A stretch of DNA of 64,000 nucleotides, from the NCBI RefSeq assembly GCF_001194135.2, contig NC_068982.1, positions 162,220,219 to 162,284,218 on the forward strand, given 5' to 3'. Below, in pieces: positions 54,429 through 64,000 of this stretch. Each line of letters opens with the position of its first letter. Positions within the stretch are counted from its first letter, which is position 1. The DNA comes from Octopus bimaculoides. Taxonomy: Eukaryota. Below the pieces are notes generated by a model. It did no database searches. It saw only the letters and a list, made by a program, of their open reading frames with translations, and was not told the DNA's origin. Position numbers and translations under genes: made by a program.

Positions 54429-55886
54429 GTATACCTGCATATATGCATACATATGCCTTACATTAAAGCCAGTAGCATGTTTTATGCAGGGGCAGTAAAA
54501 TGTTTGCTAAAAATAACTACATGCTCAGAGAAAAGTAATATTTTTGTTGGTGACAGTTTGGGTTATTTCTGAAAACTTTATCCAAAAAATCTGAAAGTGT
54601 AGCATGTGTTACGTCTGTATGGGAAGATAATCGCTCATCTGCTACTCATTAAAAAGTGGAAGAAATTGTAATATACTTTATGCACAATTTTATAAAATAT
54701 TCACTCTTATTTTTTCCCCATAAAAAAAAATATCCCATACATATGATACAACCTTTAAAATGCATAAATCTGCCACATAAATAAGTGTGAATATTCCACA
54801 GAATTGCACTTATGCGCATGCATTAAGTAACAGGTGATATAAACTTAATTCGGTTAAAAATACACTTTTCACTATTCAGTCACCACCACCACCTCTCTCT
54901 CTCTCTCTCTCTCTCCCCCGCCTATCTCTCTCTGCCTTTCTTTAACCTCACTATCAGAACATCACCTCATTGCTAAAATTATATTTTTAATTCTCCTAAC
55001 CACATAATAAATATTACGTTCCCCTTACCTCACGTTATGGACACTTCTCTCTCCCTCTTTTTCTCCCATTTTCTGTCTCGCTCTTCACTTTATCATCTTT
55101 TTCTCTCTCCTTTCTCCTCCTCCTCGCTTTCCTTTCACCTAATCACATGAAAGCGTTACAATTACATTCTCTTTACCTCACATCATGGATGCTTCTCTCT
55201 CCTACTTTTTCTCCCTCCCTCTCCTTCTTTAATCACACGAAAGCATTACCAACAGGCTAATTAATGCAATGTCAAGCAGAATTGTTATAAGAAAGTTACC
55301 AAACCAGTTAAAGTAACAACAATGCATAACTAATATATTTTATTACTACAGTATTTCTAATAAGTTTCATAATCTTCATGCGCAAAAGACACAGGCACAC
55401 ACAAGCATACACATTATTAAAAAAGAAGTCAGTTACCTAAAAGATTGTGTAACAGTAGTCAGTGTACGTGTGTGTGTGTGTGTGTGTGTGTGTGCACGCA
55501 CATGTGAGTGAATGTGTGTATGTGTGTGTGATCATTGGATAAACAATTTGGTGGCATTCACTCACTCCTAAACTAGGTACATCTGATCAGAAAATTCTAT
55601 GCTTGAATGAACTCAGAACAAATAACACAACTCACATTTCAAACAATATAATCTTTCTTTATTTTTTTCACTAACACTCACCCTATAAACATACTCTTCT
55701 CCCACTCTCTTCTATTCAAATTTACTTTCCAGGTGTACATACACCAAGCCTAATTATCATTTTACATAGTTTCACCTACCCCAGGAAATCAAAACATCAG
55801 AGATAAAATCAAAATAAACTCAACTTACTGTGATGATGGCTAGCCAGATGAAACTTCTGTTATAAAAGTATAATATATTCATAAAT

Positions 55887-56270
55887 TAGGTGGTAAGTAG
55901 CTTGCTTACCAACCACATGGTTCTGGGTTCAGTCCCATTGCGTGGCAACTTGGGCAAGTGTCTTCTACTATAGCCTCTAGCCAACCGAAGCATTGTGAGT
56001 GGATTTGGTAGACGGAAACTGAAAGAAGCCCATCGTATATATGTATATATATATATGTATGTGTGTGTATATGTTTGTGTGTCTGTGTTTGTCTCCTCCA
56101 CCATCACTTGACAACTGATGCTGGTGTGTTTATGTCCCTGTAACTTAGCGGTTCAGCAAAAGCGACCGATAGAATAAGTACTAGGCTTACAAAGAATAAG
56201 TCCTGGGGTTGATTTGCTCGACTAAAGGCGGTGCTCCAGCATGGTCACAGTCAAATGACTGAAACAATTA
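55887..56270 (+). mobile_element. tRNA-derived SINE with CORE-like cttgggcaagtg block and internal (TA/TG)n
   Basis: ggtggtaagtagc...ggttcagtcc...cttgggcaagtgtcttctactatagcc...ggaaactgaaagaagccc. Relatives lie near 1960-2110(-), 11650-12025(+), 37335-37445(-), 50030-50365(-) and 52950-53070(+). Confidence 0.75.
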
Positions 56271-56299
56271 AAATAGTAAATTATTCTTTAACAATGACT

Positions 56300-57300
56300 T
56301 TGAAGTTTCAGCCAGCTAAGCCATCCTGTGGGAATTACTATATGTTGATGACCTTGATCTTATAACAGAATCCGTTGTAGAACTGAAGAAGAAATTCCAG
56401 GTATGGAAGCAAAACCTGGAATCAAAGGGTCATCAAGTTAATCTAGTGAAGACCAAAGTTGTTGTTAGCTAGAAAGTGAATAAGATTCTTTGTGTCAGGT
56501 AAACGGTCCTGCTTGGTGTGTAGGAAAGGTGTTGGAAGAAATTCCATTTGTTGTGCTCAGTGCAAGCAACAGATACATAAGAGATGCAGTGGAATCACAG
56601 GTAGGTTAACAGAGAAAGTCCTCTTTGTATGCGGCAGATGCACAGGAACAATGTGCTCTAAGGACACATTGGAATTAGACTCTCTCAAATACCTAGAAGG
56701 CTCCCTTAAAGTTGTATATAGTTTCTATTACCTAGGTGACATAATTAGCAGTGGTAGAGGATGTTCTGAAAGTATTGTTGTTAGAATAAGAATAGGATGG
56801 TCGAAGCTCAGAGAACTATTACCTCTGTTGGCAACAAAAGGCCTCTCTCTTAGAGTGAAAGGTAGATTGTATGATGCTTGTGTATGAACTGCTATGCTCC
56901 ATGGTAGCGAGACATGGGCCCTGAATACAGACAGCGTGTGTTGATTTGAGAGAAAATGATGCCAATATTCTCCAATGAATGTGCAACATCAGTGTGCCTA
57001 TACGACAAAGTACAAATGTGCTGAGAGAAAAGTTGAACACAAGAGGAATCAGATGTGGAATACAAGAGAGAAGACTATGTTGGTTTGGACATGTGATGCC
57101 TATGAATGAAAACAGCTATATACAGAAATGCCAATCATTTGAAGTAGCTGGAACCTTTGAAAGAGGGAGATCTAGGGAGACACGGGTTGAAGTAGTGGAG
57201 GCCAATCTCATGATGTTGGATCTCACAGAGGAGATGACAATGGACTGAGAATCTGGCAATGTGAGGTTCTTGAAAAGACCTGCCCACTTCAGTGAAACTA
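56300..57300 (+). mobile_element. RTE-clade LINE fragment (RT core to C-terminus)
   Basis: WELLYVDDL (YVDD at 56341-56352), KFQVWKQNLESKG, CLVC...HKRC...CGRC, FYYLGD, LSLRVKGRLYDACV, LCWFGHVM. Contains stops and frameshifts. Confidence 0.9.
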
Positions 57301-57829
57301 TTCTGGAAGTGCTGTGTGCATATTTAACATTAATTTTTCCACACCCTACCCTGATAAACCAAACTACATCTCCTTTTCCTCTCATCTTCTCTTCTTTTTG
57401 CACTATGCTTATCTCTCTCTCTCTCCACTCCTGCAGTCCAGATCTGTCCCCACCCTGTATATCATTGCTATTCTATTGTTCCCTCTACATATTTGGGTTT
57501 CACCAGTCACTGCATTCCTTCTCCCCTCTTTTGTACATTCCTTACTCCCTGGACAATCCTCTACTATTTCATTTATATTCACATCCTTGTATTTTGAGAG
57601 TATGCTCTGGTACCACCATCCCTCTTGCGCTCTCTCTTACTCTCACTCTTTCTCATTCTCTCTCTCTCTCTCACTGAAACCATGTATTTCCTCTACAGCA
57701 AGATATCTGTTTCTATTCCTCTGTCATACTCTATCACTTCATCACCTAACACAATGTGACCTTCTTCATTACCACCAGCCACTTTCAAAGAATCTTTGTC
57801 TTGCAAGTTACTTGGTAACCTCGCCTGTA

Positions 57830-58015
57830 TTGGTGCCACGTAAAATACACCCAGTCCACTCTGTAAAGTGGTTGGCATTAGGAAGGGCATCTAGCCATAA
57901 AAGCCATGTCAAAGCAGATAATGGATTTTGGCATAGTCCTCGGGCTTGCCAGCTCCTATCAAACCATCTAACCCATGCCAACATAGAAGAGAAACGTTAA
58001 AAGATGATGATGATA
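57830..58015 (+). mobile_element. RTE 3' UTR fragment
   Basis: gtggttggcattaggaagggcatc...acccatgccaacatag...cgttaaaagatgatgatg. Confidence 0.75.
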
Positions 58016-58330
58016 TACATACATAGATGAACACTTGATAAATGATCATTTCATTTTCAGTCTGTTGATAGTACTCTATGCATATGTGTTAGTATTTTAT
58101 TTATGTGTCATATATACAATTCTTATTGTATGTGTCTATTATGTGTATGCAAATATATTTCACTCCACAGAATGTGCTTTCTTCATTGTATCCCATAAAC
58201 TTTATCATTCACAATGGTGTGCGTTTATACATGTATATGTATTTGCAAGCATGTATATACACACATACACACACATATATATATAACACATTTGCATCTC
58301 AAATCAGGGATTGTTCTGTTTGTATTTCAG

Positions 58331-58503
58331 CCTGAAAACATTGTGGTTGACTGCGGCCTAAATTCCGGTGTCAAATTAATAGACTTTGGTGATGCTCGTC
58401 ACATCTACAATAACTACTACATCCACCCTGTAGTAGGTAACCCTGAGTTTATGGCACCAGAGCTGGTCAGTGGAACTCCTGTAGGGCTACTCACTGATAT
58501 CTG
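58331..58503 (+). CDS. Trio: Trio/Kalirin kinase exon: subdomains VIb-IX (PEN...KLIDFGDA...GNPEFMAPE...DIW)
   Basis: tttgtatttcAG|CCT and TG|GTAAGA. Contains DFG and APE. Phase 0 to 2. Confidence 0.96.
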
Positions 58504-59679
58504 GTAAGATTTTTCTGTGACTTCTTAATACATCAGAAATATGAAAGTGTTTATAGTCATTCTTGAAAATAATTTATATAATATACAATTTTATATATAT
58601 ATATATTGGTAATTAGTAAGGGGTTTCTCCAAATGTTTACCGGTTTGTTCACAGTAATCATTATTATTATTATTATTATATAGAAACAGGCACACGCACT
58701 TGTTTGTGTGTGTGTATTTCTGAATCATTTTTGTAAATTGTGTGTCTGATTTAATAGAGCCTTTATTAAACATTGAGTATAAATACATTACTTTGGACAG
58801 TTAAAAACTGTCAGTTGTTAATGAAATCTCAATGAAGATTGAAACTTCATTGCTTGTGTTGACAGTGGCTGTATCAGTACTGGTGGTCACTAAGGTAGTA
58901 TTTGAGGTATTGTCAGTTCTAGCAGTAGCCTCAGCAAACACAGTAGTTGTGGCAGTAGCAGTGGTGGAATTGTTACTAATGTTAAAAGTGGTATTAATAG
59001 TAGTAGAGTGGAAGTAATAGTAACATCTGTGGTAATGGTATGATGGCAGATGGCCTATTTCAGCCAATGGCCTAACTCCCATTGACCTTACTTTTGTCTT
59101 CAAATGAAAATGACGTTTTTGGTCTGCAAATTATTAACATTGTACTCCTTGCTTAGGATGGTTAGAGAATATATTATTGTTGTTGTTACATTTCAAGATG
59201 TGTTTCTGTGTGGAAGTTACATGTGTTGTCAAATACTCCTTCAACTAGTTATGAAGAGATGAAATCACACTGCCAGTATAGTATTCAATGCATTTGGCAC
59301 ATTGTAATTGGTGCACTAGACATGTGCAATAGCTGTTAGTTCATGTCACAGATGGGGTGGGGGTTGGCTAGCATACATGAGTACAGGTCACTGTTGATTT
59401 GGTTGCTAGATAGGCATTTCTGAAAGGATGGTCCCAAGTGGGCTAAACATGTGCTGAGTAAATAACAATAGTTGATCGTTGCCTTTCTCTTGAAGTGTGA
59501 TATCTTCAGGAAGCAGGTGATAGTGTATTTGTTTTCTTGATTTGGAGACCTAAAGTCAGTTGATAAAAGAAACCAGATACCTATTGATTCATAGTGTCCT
59601 GAGGAAATATGTATTATTCTACCTGTCTTGGATATAGATGATATATAATAGATAGATAGATATCTAGCTATAGATTTCA

Positions 59680-59950
59680 TCATTATCATCATCATCATTT
59701 AATGTCTGTTTTCCAAGCTGGCATGAGCTGGACAGTTCAACAGGAGCTAGTAAGCCAGAGGACTGCATGAAGCTCCACTGTCTCTTTTAGCATAGTTTTT
59801 ACAGCTGGATGCCCTTCCTAACGCCTACAGAGGGGACTGGGTGCTTTTTACATGGCACCAGCACTGGGGAGGTCTGTTTGGCATAGTTTTTACAGCCAGA
59901 TGCCCTTCTTAATGCCATCCACTGTACAGAGCAGGCTGGATATTTTTTTT
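59680..59950 (-). mobile_element. RTE 3' UTR fragment
   Basis: catcatcatttaatgtctgttttccaagctggcatg...ggatgcccttcctaacgcc. Confidence 0.75.
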
Positions 59951-60109
59951 ACATGGTACTAGAGGTAGGATGACAGAGGACCAAAACACCTGGTGGTTTG
60001 CTATGCTTGAAAAGACACGTCAAACTAAGTAAAAGCATGGTTGCCCTTGCTTACAGGCTCATTTCTTACAACCTTCTCCAGCTGAACATCCCTAATGTTG
60101 TGGGCTCAT

Positions 60110-60315
60110 AAGTGCTGGTGTCATGTAAAAAGACCTGCACTGGTGTCAGATAAGAAGCACCCAGTACACTCTGTAAAGTGGTTGGCATTAGGAAGGGCAC
60201 CCTGCTGTAGAAACTATGCCAAATCAGACTGCAGTCTAGTGCAGCTCCCCAGCTTGCCATCTCTAATCAAACTGTCCAACTTATGCCAGCATGGACAGCA
60301 GACATTAAATGATGA
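60110..60315 (+). mobile_element. RTE 3' UTR fragment
   Basis: gtggttggcattaggaagggcacc...ttatgccagcatggacagcagacattaaatgatg. Confidence 0.75.
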
Positions 60316-60453
60316 TATATATATATATGTATATATATAATATGCTACAGCATATTATGTATCACATTAAAAAGTAACTAGATTATTAAACTTTTGTAGA
60401 GGCCTATTCTTATTACATTACCATATATGATACAATGTTTTTTTTTTCCCCAG

Positions 60454-60633
60454 GAGTATGGGCGTAATACTCTATGTCTTACTAAGTGGAGTTTCACCTT
60501 TTCTGGATGAAAGTCAGGAAGAGACCTGTTCAAATATCGTTCGTAACGACTATAGTTTTCCCGATGAATATTTTGCTGGAATATCACCTGAAGCAAAGGA
60601 TCTTGCCCGGTCAATGTTGATGGAAGATATGAA
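60454..60633 (+). CDS. Trio: Trio/Kalirin kinase exon: subdomains IX-XI (SMGVILYVLLSGVSPFLDES...ISPEAKDL)
   Basis: tttttttccccAG acceptor and AA|GTAAGT donor. Open frame, read by hand (not in the ORF track). Phase 2 to 2. Confidence 0.95.
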
Positions 60634-61619
60634 GTAAGTGTGTGAGTGTGTGTGTAAGTATCTGAGTGGCAGTAGCTGAAGAGTGGTTATGTGTATGATC
60701 TCCAAACATACTGCTCTCGAAAACTACATCCATACTTGGGACCTACCAACTCTAATGGATTGACCTTTTTTATTAGCATTTTTCTCACATTCCCACCTTC
60801 ATTCATACCTCCGTTTATTCAAACTTCAGTTGTTGTTTTGTCCTGGGTCAACTCTGATCATGTAGGCCCTTTGAAAAAGGCACTCCAGCTGTGGCCATGC
60901 TGCCTTTTTGAGAATAACCAAGACTTTACTATTAAAATGTGTCTTCCCCTTTTGAGACATTAAGGGGTGATTCATGAGAGATTTGGCTGCTTTTTCTAGA
61001 AGGCAGAGCAATTGACATTGTAGTAATCCCCTTATTGGCTCTGCTAATATTTCAACTGATAGAAGTGTCATAATGGCTAAGACAAGATTTGTATTAATTG
61101 CTTGTCTAAGAATCTATGGTCTGTCTCTGTTGATGAGTTGTGAATTGGTTTGATTTTAAAACGGATCTGACTGAACCACCAACAGCAGTTGTTCATGTGG
61201 TAGGTTCATCTGAAGGATATAGCTCAGAGTACAAATAAAAATGTAACCAATCCATGTTTTTTTTTTTCTATAAAACTATTCAGACTAAATGTTGAGTACA
61301 TGCTTCATGTAAAGATCATGTAGATGGTAGGCAATTGTTCCAGTTGCTTTATGATATCAAGTTCAAAACCTCACATTTCTGAGATCAACATTCTCTTGAA
61401 ACCAAATATATTATTTACTGTTGTAGGATTTGTTAGACAAATACCAGTCATATGATAAATTTGGTTCAACTGACATCGTCCTTTGCATTAGCTGAAAGAA
61501 ATTCCTTTTAATGTCTGAAGTTTATTTATTTACTTGTTATATATCTGTATGTGTCTGTGTTCTGTTTCAGTGTCTTTCAATGTATGATAGTAGTGAAAGT
61601 GATGACATTTCTCTTTCAG

Positions 61620-61755
61620 TAAACGACCATTAGCTCAACACTGTTTAGAGAGTCCTTGGATCAAGAAAGCTAGCATCTCTCGAACATCACCTCTTCGACC
61701 CAAACCTATTTCAACTACACGCCTTGCTGATTTTGTAGAGAGAAGAAAGCATCAG
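61620..61755 (+). CDS. Trio: Trio/Kalirin exon: kinase end and tail (KRPLAQHCLESPWI...RLADFVERRKHQ)
   Basis: atttctctttcAG acceptor. RLxxFxERRKHQ matches the Trio/Kalirin tail as I recall it. Followed by CAG|GTTTGT; read-through gives VCT and a stop at 61765-61767. Confidence 0.9.
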
Positions 61756-61840
61756 GTTTGTACCTAGTAACATGCTCTTGCCTTAAACTGTTTTACATCA
61801 CAGTAAATAGACAGCAGATAAATACTTTATTATACTCACT

Positions 61841-62222
61841 GTTGTTGTTGTTGTTGGCACTCTGTTGCTTACGACATCGAGGGTTCCAGTTGATCTGATC
61901 AACGGAACAGCCTGCTCGTGAAATTAACGTGCAAGTGGCTGAGCACTCCACAGACAGGTATACCCTTAACGTAGTTCTCGGGGATATTCAGCGTGACAAG
62001 GCTGACCCTTTGAAATACAGGCACAACAGAAACAGGAAGTAAGAGTGAGAGAAAGTTGTGGTGAAAGAGTACAGCAGGGTTCGCCACCATCCCCTGCCGG
62101 AGCCTCGTGGAGCTTTAGGTGTTTTCACTCAATAAACACTCACAACACCTGGTCTGGGAATCGAAACCACGATCCTATGACCGCGAGTCCGCTGCCCTAA
62201 CCACTGGGCCACTGCACCTCCA
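61841..62222 (-). mobile_element. Near full-length tRNA-derived SINE with (CAA)n tail and probable 10-bp TSD
   Basis: Reverse-complement head ggaggtgcagtggcccagtggttagggcagcggactcgc...ggtttcgattccc has A and B boxes. TATACTCACT occurs at 61831-61840 and 62235-62244. Confidence 0.88.
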
Positions 62223-62748
62223 CAGGTTTGTACCTATACTCACTATGCAGTCTTTATAATCAGTCATTTAAGTTGTCTTTGCCAGGTCTCTTCTTCGTTT
62301 CTGTTTTTGTTTTTAAATCTTCTGAAAATATCTTTGTTGCTCTGCTTTGTGTTTAACAGCAAAAAAAACTTGTATATCAGGCGAGTGGGCTGATATACTT
62401 GTATATCAAGCAAGTGGAAATAAAAGAAGTTTTATGAGGAAAATGTCTGTTTCAGCTCACACCACTATACAAATGAGATTATCAACCAGTTTCTTTGTTT
62501 TGCTAGGCAGTGTCACTTGCAACAAAGCTTTTGAAGTCCGAAGATTTTATTACCAATATTACTATCTGCTTTTGTTAGAACATTATAATAGATTATTAAG
62601 TAGTCATGCATACACTCACCGAGCATGAAAATTTCATTCTGTAAATTTGTTCTTAATTTCCTGAAATCAGCTTCTCTTTCTATAATTGCTGCTAGTTTTT
62701 TTTTTGGTTTTTTTTTTTGTTAGTTTTTTATGATTTTTTCAATTCCAG

Positions 62749-62784
62749 CTAAGAGGCAAATTTCAACCTATTAAGAATTCTTAA
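62749..62784 (+). CDS. Candidate terminal coding exon (LRGKFQPIKNS*)
   Basis: Long T tract plus ttccAG acceptor, phase 0. Weak 'IKN' echo of the vertebrate Trio C-terminus. Too short to be sure. Confidence 0.3.
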   Translation, partial: LRGKFQPIKNS

Positions 62785-63525
62785 CATATATAATTAATTA
62801 CATCATCATCCCCGACCTGAATTATCTAAATTCATACCATTGGTCCACTTGGGTTATTCCCTTAGCTCATTCTTTGCAGTGATGCAAATTATGCCAACCA
62901 AAATTACTTTAACTCTGTCCACTAATCAAAGCAGGTGACAGGGGACTACACATCACTACTGAGATCTAATATAACTGAAACATGTCTTTTGCTTTCATCT
63001 TGTCTGCTAACATGGCAGCAAATTTTCTATTTTTTTAAGTATGATAATTTAGGTTCCTTTCAAATTACCTCCCTTCTCTGTTGAGCCTTACAATATGGTA
63101 TCTTAGAATGATTATTAGCCGATTGGATAGGTGGTATTCATTCTAGCTCTCTATGCTCAGAGTTCATATCCTGCCACGGTCAATTTTACTTTTCATCCTT
63201 TAGAGTTTTATAAAAAAGAATCAGTCCAATACTAGGCTCACTTCTCTCTCTCTCTCTCACCCCACCCTTATTAAATACTGACCATTGTCACTTATGATGA
63301 CCATTATCCTTCCACTTTAATCAATTTCTTCTCCTTCTCTGTAGAAGTAGATACTGAAGACCTATTGCTTGTCTTCCATTTCATAGTCTGAATAAACCCC
63401 ATCTTGCAAAACTTTGAAGTTACTATCAGTTATATTATAATAAGTATTAGATTCTGCACATGCATTGAGTCATTCATTTTGTCAAAGTTTATTTATAAAT
63501 ATTTATTAACAACAGAAACAGTATT

Positions 63526-63906
63526 AATATTGAGAGGTAATATTAGACATGGATGTTCTGTTGAACAAACTATTCTGTGGTAGTTAATATAAGAGAAACT
63601 CTCATATTGGCTTTTAGTGCAAAATGCACCTTTGTTTATATCACTAGTTAGGAGATAAATCCCTGCCATCTTCACTGCTGAGACCACCAGATCACATGAT
63701 TTCAACCTTCCTTGGTCTTGTTATGTGATATGGGGGTCTCGAAGCTGGAGGTGGTGGGGCTTTATTTCCCTACTAGCAATATCAACAAGAGTGCATTTTG
63801 CACCAAAAGCCAATATGAGAGTTTCTTTCATCATAACTACTGCAGTATAGTTTGTTCGAACAGAACATCCACGTTTAAGTGAGGGTAAATATTACTTCTC
63901 AATGTT
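63526..63906. repeat. Long imperfect inverted repeat (fold-back or MITE-like), arms about 170-190 bp
   Basis: tggatgttctgttgaacaaactat...gaaactctcatattggctttt.gtgcaaaatgcac is mirrored as gtgcattttgcac.aaaagccaatatgagagtttc...tagtttgttcgaacagaacatcca. Loop is about 20 nt near 63700-63720. Confidence 0.9.
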
Positions 63907-63941
63907 TGTTTGTTTTATGAATATAAAACATTATCTGCATA

Positions 63942-64000
<59 letters not shown>

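Noticed and set aside
54480-55260. Possible Helitron-like or other non-autonomous element with internal near-duplications (ttacctcac...ggac/tgcttctctctcc)
   Set aside because: No diagnostic termini or second copy in the window, so the call cannot be supported.
58801-59103. Thr-rich mucin-like ORF (-) and Val-rich ORF (+)
   Set aside because: Degenerate GTA/GTG trinucleotide tract in an intron, with no domain signal or convincing splice sites.
62140-62222. tRNA-like sequence on the minus strand
   Set aside because: It is the head of a SINE, continuous with the body and (CAA)n tail, not a standalone tRNA gene.

Overview
AT-rich, microsatellite-dense eukaryotic genomic DNA with 8 N gaps. It is probably a coleoid cephalopod (octopus-like); this is inferred from repeat content and gene architecture, not proven. 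The window holds the 3' part of one + strand spliced gene of the Trio/Kalirin RhoGEF-kinase family. I reconstructed 13 phase-compatible GT-AG coding exons from 23066 to 61755 (2473 nt, about 824 codons) encoding a Ser/Lys-rich linker, second SH3, Ig, FN3 and a complete CAMK-group (DAPK/MLCK-like) Ser/Thr kinase. The upstream GEF exons were not found, and the true last exon is uncertain. The introns carry RTE-clade LINE fragments, a Penelope-like GIY-YIG remnant with repeated ends, tRNA-derived SINEs, TTAA-flanked MITEs, a decayed CR1-like RT, minisatellites and microsatellites. The most notable observations are: (1) a C4HC3 PHD-type zinc finger inserted inside the RTE reverse transcriptase, seen in four copies; (2) a partial tandem duplicate of the FN3 exon that could be a frame-preserving cryptic exon; (3) a minimal hammerhead-like ribozyme in the Penelope ends; (4) a ~380-bp fold-back downstream of the kinase exons; (5) inverted retroelement pairs flanking kinase exons. 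Most ORFs in the supplied track are microsatellite or N-gap artefacts. Nothing prokaryotic (CRISPR, rRNA, operons) is supported.
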